A stretch of DNA of 64,000 nt, from positions 24,428,001-24,492,000 of the forward strand of contig JBHGNT010000005.1 of NCBI GenBank assembly GCA_043228905.1, read 5' to 3'. Under the pieces are notes generated by a model. The model did no database searches and was not told the DNA's origin. It saw only the letters and a list, made by a program, of their open reading frames with translations. The position numbers and the translations under genes were made by a program. Shown here piece after piece: positions 47,701 to 59,148 of the stretch (positions are counted from its first letter, which is position 1; each line of letters starts with the position of its first letter). Source of the stretch: Azolla caroliniana (lineage: Eukaryota > Plantae > Polypodiophyta).

Positions 47701-48605
47701 GGGAGTTGTTGTCGTAGGTCGGACCTCGTCCGCCTTGTCCTTGGCCGAATCGGCCTCTCGCTCTTCCGCGTCCTCTTCCTCCGTTAGAGTGCGTGTAGAG
47801 CATGTGGCCTTCCGACTCATTGCTCCTTGTACGCACGTGGTTTTCTTTGACCAATAGCATTGATTGGAGCTCGAAGAAGGAGGGAGATTTCTCCCGTGCT
47901 AGAACGGCAGTTCGCATGGCGCCGAACCGTGGTGCGAGGCCACCGAGGCATATTTGCACCATCTCATCATCATCTATACTTACACTTATTGAGCCAAGCG
48001 AGTCGCAAAGCTCCTTGATCTTCAAGGTGTATGTCGTGATGGACATCTCCCTTTGTTGAATGTTGTTCAACTCTTGGCGGAGTTCAAGCTTCCTTGCGGT
48101 CGTGTTGGCGGCGAAAATATTTCGTAGATTTTCCCACGCTTCCTTTGGCGTCTTGGCTTCTCGAATGTAACCGAGCATGTGGTCATGAACACATGTCGCC
48201 AAACAATACATCACACGGCTTGCGGCTTGCTCCCATGTTGCGTATCCGGGAGTCGTGTCGACGGGTCGGTCTTCATGCGCTCCTTTGATGTAGCTCCAAT
48301 AGCCTTGTCCGACAAGGTATTGGTGCATCTTGTACTCCCAAGATGCGAAGTTGTTTCGATCCAACTTCTCGGTAGGGAGAGCACTCCCCATTTGAGTATT
48401 CATTATGTCGATTCTTCTTCTTCTTCTTCTCTCTTCGAATGCGAGCTATGTAGCGAAGCTACGTTAGCGATGAGCCGGTTCTTGGTCGTCGGCGTGGAGC
48501 ACAACACACGATCAAGATGAGGCGAATGAGCTAGATCGAACTACCAAATCGCTCTGATACCATGTAAAGAATCAATGGTGATTCTTGTGAAGCGGAATAG
48601 GTGTG

Positions 48606-48642
<37 letters not shown>

Positions 48643-48966
48643 AGATAGAGAGAGAGAGAGACACACACACACACACAGAGTATACGCAAGGTTAAGTATA
48701 TTAACAAAGGAGAAAGACACAACACCATACAAGGTGGGAGGAGGGTGCTTTATATAGTCACCCTCTCTCTTCATTAACTACAAGACTCATAGAGCATGAG
48801 GAATGTGAAAGCTCATAAGTTATGTGTCATAGAGTATGATTCTATGACTCATACTAAATGCTAGAATACAAAGTGGTGACTTAATGGTGACTCTTGACCG
48901 TTGGAGTGTCTATTCACTCTCAAGGTGAGTTCACACACTAGACCAAGTTGAGCTTGATTCTCAACA
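44736..48966 (-). mobile_element. C2: internally deleted Ty1/copia related to C1. LTRs 44736-45132 and 48563-48966, imperfect TSD GGTCT/TGTCT, iMet PBS
   Basis: Gag is similar to C1 (LPTEKLDRNNFASW). The integrase core is shortened and RT ends at YFLGIE joined directly to the PPT, so RNase H is absent. LTRs contain (GT)n(GA)n(CA)n. Confidence 0.92.
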
Positions 48967-51948
48967 TGTCTCGTACCATCTGCGTCAGTTCCTCCAGAGC
49001 CGCTCCGCCGGACGGGTCCTTGACCACGCCGGACGAGCCTATTTGAAGCCAATCCCGGGTTTCCTCCTTGCGCGTCGGCGGGGGTCCTCGAGGTTTCTTG
49101 CCGCAACTACTCCTGCCCCAACGAGCCCTTGTCGACCCACTCACGTCGTTTGTCGAAACGGTCGCAAACCCCTTTTACCACGACCCAGTCGGTCATCAGC
49201 CCATCGTCCGTCTCCAGCAAGAGACCCACTTACTCCCGATCCCGCACGTCCACAACTTTGATGAATAAAATGACACAGTTCGTGTCCAGTACGGTCATGT
49301 CCAATGCCAAAAGTCGTGGGAAGCGTTCCTCGAACTCCCGGAGGAGCGCCGATGCATTCCTCCCCTTTCTTCGGGTCTCTACCCAATCCATAAAGTCCCG
49401 CTTCGATAACCGAAGCGTGTCATCAAACCCATACCGCTCGAGGAGCCGCGCTTCGAATTCCCCCCTAGGTCCGGCATCCAGCCTACACCTCGAGCACCTC
49501 TGCGTGGATGCTTGGTGTCGCTACAAGGGAAACCCAACTAGACGCCTCTCCTCCGGGATGTCCCTCAGCACCATTTCGGCCCGGCAGGCCACCAAATAAT
49601 CGTGGCGTCCTTCCCATCGAACCGGCCTATTGTGTTGACAATTGCTTCAATGGCCCTATCCAGGGCGCTCGTGCCCTCGCAAGCACTTACTATTCGATCG
49701 AATGCCACATGGCATCTGGCGATGGCGATCGAATCGGTGTGCTCTTCTGTGCAAGTGGGTCTATTGACTAAAAGAGACGTCCGACTCAACCAACCCAAAG
49801 TACAAGGCCAGACTAGTTGTGAAGGGATTTCAACAAGAACATGGCGTCGACTTCGATGAAATCTTTTCACCAATGGTGAAAATGACAACCCTTCGTTTCA
49901 TGCTCACCGTCGTGGTCGTCAACAACTTGGAGCTGATTCAGGTAGATGTAAAAACGACATTCCTCCACGGTGACCTACAAGAGGAAATCTATATGGAGCA
50001 GTCGAAAGGCTTTGTGGCATCCGGCCTGCAACATCTAGTCAGCTGACTCGGGAAGAGTTTATACAGCTTGAAACAGGCACCCCTACAGTGCTACAAAAAG
50101 TTTGACGACTTCATCTAGTCGGTCGGCTTCTCCAAGAGCGATAAGGACCACTGTCTCTTCACCAAAACAACTCAAGACGGGTCTCCCAGATACCAGGTGG
50201 CTGAGTCGGCAGATGCCGATGTTTCTTCGTAAGACGTCGGTTCGCCGGTGTCGGTAAAGAAAATTCCGAGAGAATACCTTTTCGGAGGTTGCGACAATCT
50301 CTCGGATCTTCGATGTATGACTCGACTGGTCACACTGGGTATAGATGTCGGATGGTCGGAAGTCGAGTCACTCGGCTGTGCTAAATCGGTGGATTCAGTG
50401 CGGGAGGTGTTGGTTACCCGTGAAACCGATCTCGTGTTGTGGGTTGGGCCTTCATGAAAGGTTGGCACTTCAGAGAATATTACCCTTTGGACTTCAATAG
50501 GCCTTTCGACCGTTTTATGCATAGCTGACTCATTGAACACGACGTCCGAACTTCGGACAATTTGACTGTGCTCGGGGTCCCAGAGTCGGTATCTGATCTC
50601 GCCGTCGGGTCCATATCCAAGGAAAACACATTTCCTTGATCTTGGTTCGAGTTTCCGGCGGTTGTCTTTCGGTATGAGGGCATACGCCTCGCAGTCGAAG
50701 ATCCTCAGTTTGTCATAATTCGGCTTACTGCCGGTCCATGTTTCCTAAGTTATTTTAAGTCCTAGAGATCTACTTGGCGACATATTTATGATGTGTACTG
50801 CCGTAAGTAGAGCCTCCGCCCAGAAGCCATTCGACAGTTCGGAGTGTTGGAGCATGGATACTATGCGTTCTTGAATTGTCCGATTCATGCGTTCAGCAAT
50901 TCTGTTCTGCTCCGAACTATAGGGTGTCGTATATTCACATTGAATGACGCGTTCCCGGCAAAATTTGACGAATTCTTCAAACTTGAATTCTCCTCCGTTG
51001 TTGGTTCGGAGACATTTCAGTTTCCGACCAGTCTGATTTTCGACCATTGCAAGCCATTCGGAGAAGATTGAGAACACCTGATCTTTGGTTTTGATGGGGT
51101 AAGCCCACACCTTCCGAGTCGAGTCGTCAATAAAACAGAAGAAGTACGAAGCACCGCCAAGAGACTGATGTGGCATCGGGCCACAGACGTCCGAGTGGAC
51201 CAAATCGAGGGGACTCGATTCTCTTGGTGTTGATGTCGGGTGTGATGTGGCTACATGTTTGTCATACTGGCAATGCTCGCAGAGTTGGTGATCCGAGAAG
51301 GAGAGTTTGGGGATGTAACCGACTCTAGATAGGTGCGATATGCCAGCCTTGCTAAGGTGTCCAAGTCGTCTGTGCCATAACAATGACACGGGGATATCAA
51401 CCAAAAATAAGTCACCCTACTTGAGTGTGACATATAAAGGGTACAAAGAATGTACCTTTGGTCCTCAAGCAAGTAGGAGATTGCCTTTGTGGAGTGTCCA
51501 CCCTCCTGATGAGAATCTGGCACAGATGCCGGCTTCGTCAAGATGTCTGACTGAGATCAAGGGGCTTGAGAGCTCAGGAATGTGTCGGACGTTGTGTAGT
51601 ACGAGTGTAGAGCCACCAGGAAGGTTGAGCTCTATGGTGCTGATTTCAATTATAGCATAGTGCTGCGAGTTTCTGACTCGAACTAAGTCGGAGTGCCGGT
51701 CTGAGTATTTCCGAAACTGAGATCGGTGAGGTGTCACATGATACGATGCGCCCGAGTCTAGGAGCCATGTGCTCGATTCCTCAATCGTAAGCAAAACTTC
51801 TTATTCGACTGGGTTCTCTATGGACAATATGTTCGGGTCGATCGTCAGAATTTCAGCTGAAGAGCCGACGTAGTTTACCTCCTCATGTTGGCTACTCTTT
51901 TGATCTGCTCTCTGAGCTTTGTCGGTTTTTGCTTTGAGTGGCTGACAG

Positions 51949-54900
51949 TGTTGAAAAATCGACGCTCCGATTCTCCTTCGCCACTCGGCCACAACCGAGG
52001 AATCGCGAATCAATGCAGCAGAAAATAGGAAACACAGAGAAAGACACGATAACACAGGGATTAACGTGGAAAACCCTATACGGGAAAAACCACGGGAGTC
52101 CTCAAACTCCAACTATCACTATGAACAGAGATGTACAATGGTGAAGCTTCAAGGCAACAACCTTGAGCTCACTGTCTTCGCCACAGGCGGCGGTAATACA
52201 CAGAGGCAACGACCTCTTCGTCTCTCTCTCTCTCTCTCTCTCTCTCGGCTGCTCTCTTCACTCTCTCTCAGTGGAAAAACAGAAAATTGAGTAGCAACAA
52301 AAACTGTTTGCCCTAAGTCATATTTATACACATATGACTTTCGGGCTATTTACAAATATAGCCTCAAGGGCCCTTGGCAAACATATTCACAAATATGTCC
52401 CCGCATCCGGATCTCTCTCCGGGTACATTCGTCATCCGGCTCCGTAGCCGGGGTCTCCATCATCCGGCTCCGTAGCCGGGGTCTCCATCATCTGGCTCCG
52501 TAGCCGGGGTCTCCATCATCCGGCTCCGTAGCCGGGGTCTCCATCATCCGGCTCCGGGCTTGCCGTCATTCATCTCCGGACATCCCATCCGGAGGGACCG
52601 AAATCCCAACAAACTCCCCCTTCACTTCGGCATGGGATGTCTCTCCAATCCGATCCTCTTCCGGCATGCTTCCAGCTTGTCGGGTGTAAGTACCTTGGTC
52701 AGCATATCCGACCCGTTCTCGTCCGTGTGGATCTTCGTCAGCACGAACTCCTTGTCTTCTATCCTTTCCCGGATCCAGTGGTATCTACGCTGGATGTGCT
52801 TCGTCCGGGAGTGATAGGCCGCGTTCTTCGCAAGGTGGATGGCACTCTGATTGTCGCAGTAGAGTCGGTACTCCTCCTGCCGGATACCGAGCTCTCTAAT
52901 GAAGTCCTTCATCCATATTATTTCCTTGCCGGCTTCAACAGCCGCCATGTACTCCGCCTCCGTGGTTGACAACGCAACCGTCTTCTGCAGCCTCGACTGC
53001 CACGAAACAGCTCCCCCTGCATACGTCATCACATACCCTGATGTGGACCGGCTGGTATCAGCATCAGCCGACATATCCGAATCGGTAAAGCCGTCGAGTT
53101 CGGGCTTACCGGAGCCGAATCGGAGGCACACGTTTGCCGTGCCCTTCAGGTATCGGAGTATCCACTTGGCCGCGTTCCAGTGCTCTTTGCCGGGATTGCT
53201 CATGTACCGGCTCACCACTCCGACTGCATATCCTATGTCCGGTCTCGTACACACCATGGCGTACATCAAGCTTCCGACGGCAGAGGCATATGGTACTTTC
53301 ATCATGTCCTCCTTCTCAGCCTTTGTCTTGGGGCTTTGCTTGCTGGACAACTTGCAGTTTGCCGGGAGGGTCGATCCGACCGGTCTTGCTTCCGACATGT
53401 TGAACCGTTGAAGCACCTTTGTCACGTACTTCTCCTGTGACAGCCACAACTGCTTCTTCTTCCGGTCCCGGATGATGTGCATCCCTAGTATTTGCCTCGC
53501 CGGACCCAGGTCTTTCATTGAGAAGGTTCGGTGAAGGGCCTTCTTCAGCATCCGTATCTTGACCTGGTCCCGTCCGACGATCAACATGTCGTCCACGTAC
53601 AGGAGGAGTATTAGAAAGTCTCCTCCTTCGAACTTCTTCACAAACACGCAGTGATCGGACTGCGTTTTGTGGTACCCTTCGTCTGTCATGAAGGAGTCGA
53701 ACTTCCGGTACCATTGCCGGGGAGCCTGCTTCAGACCGTAAAGGCTCTTCTTCAACCGGCATACCAGGTGCTCCTTCCCTTTCTTCTCGAATCCTTCCGG
53801 TTGCTGCATGTAGATCTCTTCTTCGAGGTCACCGTGAAGGAATGCCGTCTTCACGTCCATCTGTTCTACCTCGAGGTCCATGCTTGCCGCTATGCTCAGC
53901 ACCGTCCGGATGGAGGTCATCTTCACTACCGGGGCAAATATCTCGTCGAAGTCGACGCCCTTCTTCTGCTGAAACCCCTTCACCACGATCCTGGCTTTGT
54001 ATCTCGGGGGGTTTCCGGCATCTCCCGGTTTCAGCTTGAACACCCACTTGTTTCGAAGTGCCCGCTTTCCTTTCGGCAACTCCACAAGTTCATATGTGTG
54101 GTTCTCATGCAGGGAATCCATCTCGTCCTGCATGGCACTCAACCACCTGCGGCTCTGGGTGTCGTGCTTTGCTTCTTCAAAGCTCTCCGGCTCCCCCTCG
54201 TCGGTTAGCAGCACGTGCTCTGGTTCCGGAAATCTCCAGGGGGCCCTTCTCTCTCTTAGAGGATATCTCCGTTCCGGAGCTTCGGTAACCGGTTCTTCCG
54301 ATTCTTCTACATCCGAAATCATTTCGGGATCGGGGCCGGTTCCGGTATCATTTTCATCTTCTTCGCCCGGTTCTGTTTCTTCACCGTCTTCGGCCGGATC
54401 CTCGAGTGCTAACCGGTCCCTTGCCGGTCGGGACTGCTCCTCGTAGAGTTGATTCTCACCGGTCGACTTGGAGCTCTTCATCTTCTTCTCCGACTCCCAG
54501 TCGGCGAGTGTCTTGTCCTCCATGAAGATGATATCTCGACTCCTGAATATCTTTTTGTCGACCGGGTCCCATACTCGGTAGCCGAACTCGTCGTTGCCGT
54601 AACCGAGGAATATGCATGGCCGGGTCTTTGGATCTAGCTTTCCTCTCCGGTCCTTTGCCACATGCACATATACGAGACACCCGAACACCTTCAGATGCCG
54701 GTAGGACACTTCCTTACCGGTCCACACTCTCTGTGGCGTGTCTCCATTCAAGGGTACTGAGGGTGATCTATTTATCACGTATGTCGCCGTCGACATTGCC
54801 TCAGCCCAAAACCCCTTGGGCAATTTCGCATGCGCCAGCATACTCCGGACCCTCTCCATTATGGTCCGGTTCATCCTCTCGGCCAGCCCGTTCAGTTCCG

Positions 54901-56997
54901 GCGTCTTCGGCACTGTAGACTCGAGCCGGATTCCCTTCGAACGGCAATACTCCTCAAATTGCCCTCGGTATTCTCCTCCGTTATCCGCTCGTATCGCTTT
55001 CAGCTTCTTGCCGGATTCCCTTTCCACTCTCGCGTGGAGTTCTTTGAAGACGGACAATACTTGGTCCTTTGTCTTCAACGGTGCCGTCCACAGCTTCCGG
55101 CTGTGGTCATCAATGAATGTCACGAAGTACTGGGCTCCGCCATGTGACTTCGTTTCCACTTGACACACATCAGTGTGCACCAACTCCAATGGTGCGCTAC
55201 GTCTCGTCGGTGGCCTTGAGTGGAAGGAGGTCCGGTTTTGCTTACCGGCCAGACAATCGGTGCACTTCTCCAGATGCACATGCTTCACTGGGATAAGGTT
55301 GTCTTCTGCAAGCCTCTTCATCCCCTTCTCACTCATGTGGCACAGTCTCTTGTGCCACAGCTCACCGGCAGTGTCAGCTGCCACGTTCAGCTCTTCCGGA
55401 CATAACCGGGCATTCATCAGGTACAACGTGTTAACTTTCCGGGCCCGAGCCACTATCAGACTCCCCTTGCTGAACTTCATTACGCCGTTCCGGATGCTAC
55501 CTGTGTAGCCTTCATCATCTAGCCTCCCGGCCGAAATCAGGTTCAATCGAACCTCCGGAACGTGTCGGACATCCTTCAGCAGCATTTTGCATCCGGTTGA
55601 GGTTGTTAACCACACGTCTCCTATGCCGGCAATCCGGCATGTACCTTCATTTCCCATCCGGACACAACCATGCTCACCGGCTGTGTAGGATGAGAAGTAT
55701 TTCTTCTCCGGGGTCAGGTGGAACGACGCTCCGGAATCGACCACCCAGGTCATCTCTTCTCCGGCAAGGTTCAGCTCCCTCTCTTCGGTAATGAGCATGA
55801 TCTCCTCTTCACTTGCCGCGAGTGCCGTCGTTCCTTTCCGGTCCTGCCCTCGCCGATCCGGACCTCTCCGGTCCGTGGCTCCCCGGTATGCACCGTTTCT
55901 CTCCAGTGACTTCTTCGAATCGGTGTCGTCGGCTCCGTTGTCCTTTCGGTAATGCCGACAATTCTTCCGGAAGTGCCCCGGCTTCCCACAGTGGAAGCAT
56001 GTGGGTCTTCCTCTTGACTGCGACCGGGTCCCCGACTTCTCCCGTCTTTGTGGACTCCGGTTCCATTGTCTTCCCCGTTCCGATTCGGTAAGCAGCGCCT
56101 TCGAGTCGGAGGCCGGTTCTTTATCTCTCCGACGCGCTTCTTCGTTCAAAATACTTGTCTTTACAGTTTGTAGGGACAAGTTATCTTCCGTGCAGGAGGT
56201 GCTGAGAGTCACCACCAAGTTCTCCCAGCTTTCCGGCAATGTACACATCAAGATGATGGCTTGCATTGCATCCTCCAACGGGAACTTGATCGCCGCAAGC
56301 TGGTTCACGAATCCCATGAACGTGCTTACGTGTTCCACCATACTCTCGCCGTCCCGGTACTTGAGGTTCACTATCTTCCTCATCAGGGAGGTCCGGTTCA
56401 ACGCATTCTTCCTCTCGTAGAGGCCCGACAGCTTCCGCCACATCTCGTATGCGTTGGTGTCGTTCGCCACATGCTGTAGAACGCTCACGTCGACGTATTG
56501 CCGAATGGTAGCAACGGCTTTCCGGTTCAGAAGCCTCCATTCCGACTCAAGTACCCCCTTCGGTATTTCCGACCTGTCAATCGGTTCGTACAGGTCCCGA
56601 ACAATCAGAAGATCCTCCATCTTGATCTTCCAGTCGGCGTAGTTCTGCGCATTCAGCGCCATCATCCCCGGCTGCCCGCTGCTGCCGCCTTCCATTTTCT
56701 GCACTGCCGTCGCTCTAATACCACTTTGTTGAAAAATCGACACTCCGATTCTCCTTCGCCACTCGGCCACAACCGAGGAATCGCGAATCAATGCAGCAGA
56801 AAATAGGAAACACAGAGAAAGACACGATAACACAGGGATTAACGTGGAAAACCCTATACGGGAAAAACCACGGGAGTCCTCAAACTCCAACTATCACTAT
56901 GAACAGAGATGTACAATGGTGAAGCTTCAAGGCAACAACCTTGAGCTCACTGTCTTCGCCACAGGCGGCGGTAATACACAGAGGCAACGACCTCTTC

Positions 56998-57032
<35 letters not shown>

Positions 57033-57339
57033 CTGCTCTCTTCACTCTCTCTCAGTGGAAAAACAGAAAATTGAGTAGCAACAAAAACTGTTTGCCCTAA
57101 GTCATATTTATACACATATGACTTTCGGGCTATTTACAAATATAGCCTCAAGGGCCCTTGGCAAACATATTCACAAATATGTCCCCGCATCCGGATCTCT
57201 CTCCGGGTACATTCGTCATCCGGCTCCGTAGCCGGGGTCTCCATCATCCGGCTCCGTAGCCGGGGTCTCCATCATCCGGCTCCGGGCTTGCCGTCATTCA
57301 TCTCCGGACATCCCATCCGGAGGGACCGAAATCCCAACA
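51949..57339 (-). mobile_element. C4: intact Tnt1/Tork-like Ty1/copia. LTRs 51949-52611 and 56727-57339, TSD GACAG
   Basis: PBS TGGTATTAGAGC (iMet, one mismatch) at 56712-56723; PPT at 52612-52625; LTRs nearly identical apart from repeat copy number. Confidence 0.97.
52622..56695 (-). CDS. C4 Gag-Pol polyprotein, ~1357 aa, uninterrupted
   Basis: CFHCGKPGHFRKNC, VDSGASFH, HTDVC/DNGGEY/ELNGLAER, YKARIVVKG, LYVDDML, FTDSD/YCDNQSA. The first ATG after the PBS is at 56695. Confidence 0.95.
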   Translation of the reverse strand: MEGGSSGQPGMMALNAQNYADWKIKMEDLLIVRDLYEPIDRSEIPKGVLESEWRLLNRKAVATIRQYVDVSVLQHVANDTNAYEMWRKLSGLYERKNALNRTSLMRKIVNLKYRDGESMVEHVSTFMGFVNQLAAIKFPLEDAMQAIILMCTLPESWENLVVTLSTSCTEDNLSLQTVKTSILNEEARRRDKEPASDSKALLTESERGRQWNRSPQRREKSGTRSQSRGRPTCFHCGKPGHFRKNCRHYRKDNGADDTDSKKSLERNGAYRGATDRRGPDRRGQDRKGTTALAASEEEIMLITEERELNLAGEEMTWVVDSGASFHLTPEKKYFSSYTAGEHGCVRMGNEGTCRIAGIGDVWLTTSTGCKMLLKDVRHVPEVRLNLISAGRLDDEGYTGSIRNGVMKFSKGSLIVARARKVNTLYLMNARLCPEELNVAADTAGELWHKRLCHMSEKGMKRLAEDNLIPVKHVHLEKCTDCLAGKQNRTSFHSRPPTRRSAPLELVHTDVCQVETKSHGGAQYFVTFIDDHSRKLWTAPLKTKDQVLSVFKELHARVERESGKKLKAIRADNGGEYRGQFEEYCRSKGIRLESTVPKTPELNGLAERMNRTIMERVRSMLAHAKLPKGFWAEAMSTATYVINRSPSVPLNGDTPQRVWTGKEVSYRHLKVFGCLVYVHVAKDRRGKLDPKTRPCIFLGYGNDEFGYRVWDPVDKKIFRSRDIIFMEDKTLADWESEKKMKSSKSTGENQLYEEQSRPARDRLALEDPAEDGEETEPGEEDENDTGTGPDPEMISDVEESEEPVTEAPERRYPLRERRAPWRFPEPEHVLLTDEGEPESFEEAKHDTQSRRWLSAMQDEMDSLHENHTYELVELPKGKRALRNKWVFKLKPGDAGNPPRYKARIVVKGFQQKKGVDFDEIFAPVVKMTSIRTVLSIAASMDLEVEQMDVKTAFLHGDLEEEIYMQQPEGFEKKGKEHLVCRLKKSLYGLKQAPRQWYRKFDSFMTDEGYHKTQSDHCVFVKKFEGGDFLILLLYVDDMLIVGRDQVKIRMLKKALHRTFSMKDLGPARQILGMHIIRDRKKKQLWLSQEKYVTKVLQRFNMSEARPVGSTLPANCKLSSKQSPKTKAEKEDMMKVPYASAVGSLMYAMVCTRPDIGYAVGVVSRYMSNPGKEHWNAAKWILRYLKGTANVCLRFGSGKPELDGFTDSDMSADADTSRSTSGYVMTYAGGAVSWQSRLQKTVALSTTEAEYMAAVEAGKEIIWMKDFIRELGIRQEEYRLYCDNQSAIHLAKNAAYHSRTKHIQRRYHWIRERIEDKEFVLTKIHTDENGSDMLTKVLTPDKLEACRKRIGLERHPMPK

Positions 57340-58843
57340 GACAGTCGGCTTTGATGTGTCCCGATTTCTTGCAGTAGTTGCAGATTCGGTTGTCCTGGGA
57401 CTTGCTTCGGCTTCGCTGATTGTTCGGTGGTCGGGAAGAACTTCTTCCCCGGTTGTTCGATCGGTCGGTCGAACCTTGTACTATGTAAGCTTCATCTGCC
57501 GAGTCTTTGGCGAAAGACTTTCTCCGAGTTGCTTCAGTCAGGATTGCGCTTGTGACTTCGGAATACTTAACGGCAGCTGTTGAAGCATTGCACACGGTTG
57601 TAACGAATGTTTCCCATGAAGAGGGGAGACTACTCATGAGTATCATTGCTTTGAGTTCATCCTCGATTTCCGTCCCCTGAGACGAGATTTGGGAGCTTAT
57701 GCTTTCGTACTCGTTGAGGTGTGCCTGAACCGAATCTGATTCTTTCATCCGCAAGTTGTAGAGGCGCCGGATTAGATACATCTTTGTCACGACAACCTTC
57801 TTTTCATAAGTTTTCGACAGTGTTTTCCAAAGTTCAAAAGTTGTCATGCATGATTGCACTGTGAAGTACACTGACTCCGACAAATGTATCTGAATCGTGG
57901 TGCGGACGATTCTATTCAGCTTTAGCCACTCGTTTGCCTTGTATGCTTTTGGAGGATTTTCATTCTCAATCGGGTCTATCTGACCCTTGACTATGAGATA
58001 GTCCTGCATTTGTTCCTTCCAGAAGTTCAAGTTTGAACCGTCGAACCTCCTTAGACTCATCTCCGATGAGCCGGATGTTGATGCCATCTGCTTCGGTTTC
58101 GGTTGGTAAGACTCGGTTCGGAGTTGACAACGAACCTTAGTGGGGTGCAGCCGGTCGGCTCACCCGATATCGTTCTAGTCGGTTTGGTTTCGGATACTTG
58201 CTGCTGAACTTGCTCGGAGTGACTCCGGTAACTTGAGGGACAGAACCGGCTAGTCTTCCCGAATGTTGCTGAGTCGGAGTGAGCCTGGTTACCTTCCGAT
58301 TGTATGCCGAATACCGATTACAAGAAACCGATTGTTTGGGCCGATTATGCTTCGGGTGCCTACAATGATGAGAGGGACAGATCCAACTGATCCTCCCGAA
58401 TGTCAATCAGCCGAATTAAGCACGAATTTGGTTGTTGCTAGGAGACCAATCTATAGCGGGTGGTTACAACAAGCGAGTGAATAGCGTCCGGTGACCTATT
58501 CGGATGTCGTTTAACCGAATGAAGCACGATTGGGTCGGGTGTTGCACAGGGAGCTCGCCTCAAGTGGTTACAATCGCAAGAACAGAGTACAGCCGGCTAG
58601 CTTACTCCAATTAGTGATTTAACACAGTGAGATGCAAACTTCTTGTTTGTCTTCTCTCTTCTCTATTCTTCAAGAAGTTACAAAAAATAGAATGTTGTGG
58701 TGTTCGATGACGGCCCGCAGTGGGTTGAAGAACCTCCAACGCTCTGATACCAAATGTTGTGGACAAGGTCGTCAGTGCAGAAGAACAAAAAACATCTGTG
58801 ATGTTGAAGGACCTGTGTATGAGAATGAAACAAGATACACACT

Positions 58844-58887
<44 letters not shown>

Positions 58888-59148
58888 TAGATAGGCACAA
58901 AGAAACATTTTATTTCTCAATAGCAACAGTTACAAAATGACAACCAACCAACCTTTACTAAAGGTTACAAAGTCACTATATATAGTGACTATCCTAGGGC
59001 AACTGCCCTATATGCTATTTATAGAAATAGCCCAAACTTGGGTTGTCCAAAAAGGACAATGTGAATACGGCCATTATACACTCATATTTGACAAAGGGTC
59101 CGACGATGTTGACACAGAGGACGACCTGGATCCCTAGCATGGAGGCGC

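Larger units (their letters stand above)
14061..49700 (-). mobile_element. G2: degenerate Ty3/gypsy split by insertions. 3' LTR ~14061-14628; INT/RH/RT 14702-17179; RT/PR/gag 42944-44735; gag N-terminus 48967-49700; 5' LTR missing
   Basis: RT reads continuously across the G3 insertion (DLYSGY|NQFQL) and gag across C2 (VRD|LQIA). PQGGTNSV and FLEDIPIKG (catalytic DD altered); integrase YNPEANGKVERGH; PPT GGTGGGGACGGA next to TGTCGTG. Confidence 0.8.
49704..59093 (-). mobile_element. C3: degenerate Tnt1-like copia. 5' LTR ~58755-59093 (outer end 59080 or 59093); gag 57345-58087; PR/INT 50186-51943; inverted RT fragment 49704-50185; 3' end missing
   Basis: iMet PBS at 58741-58752. RRFDGSNLNFW; the zinc knuckle continues across C4 (GHIKADC|QPLK); LLDSGASYH; HSDVCGP; plus-strand KYKARLVVKGF fragment. 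Confidence 0.8.

Noticed and set aside
56696-56890. Hydrophobic signal- or env-like N-terminal extension of the C4 polyprotein
   Set aside because: It lies in the LTR and PBS, opens at a non-ATG codon, and is duplicated in the other LTR.
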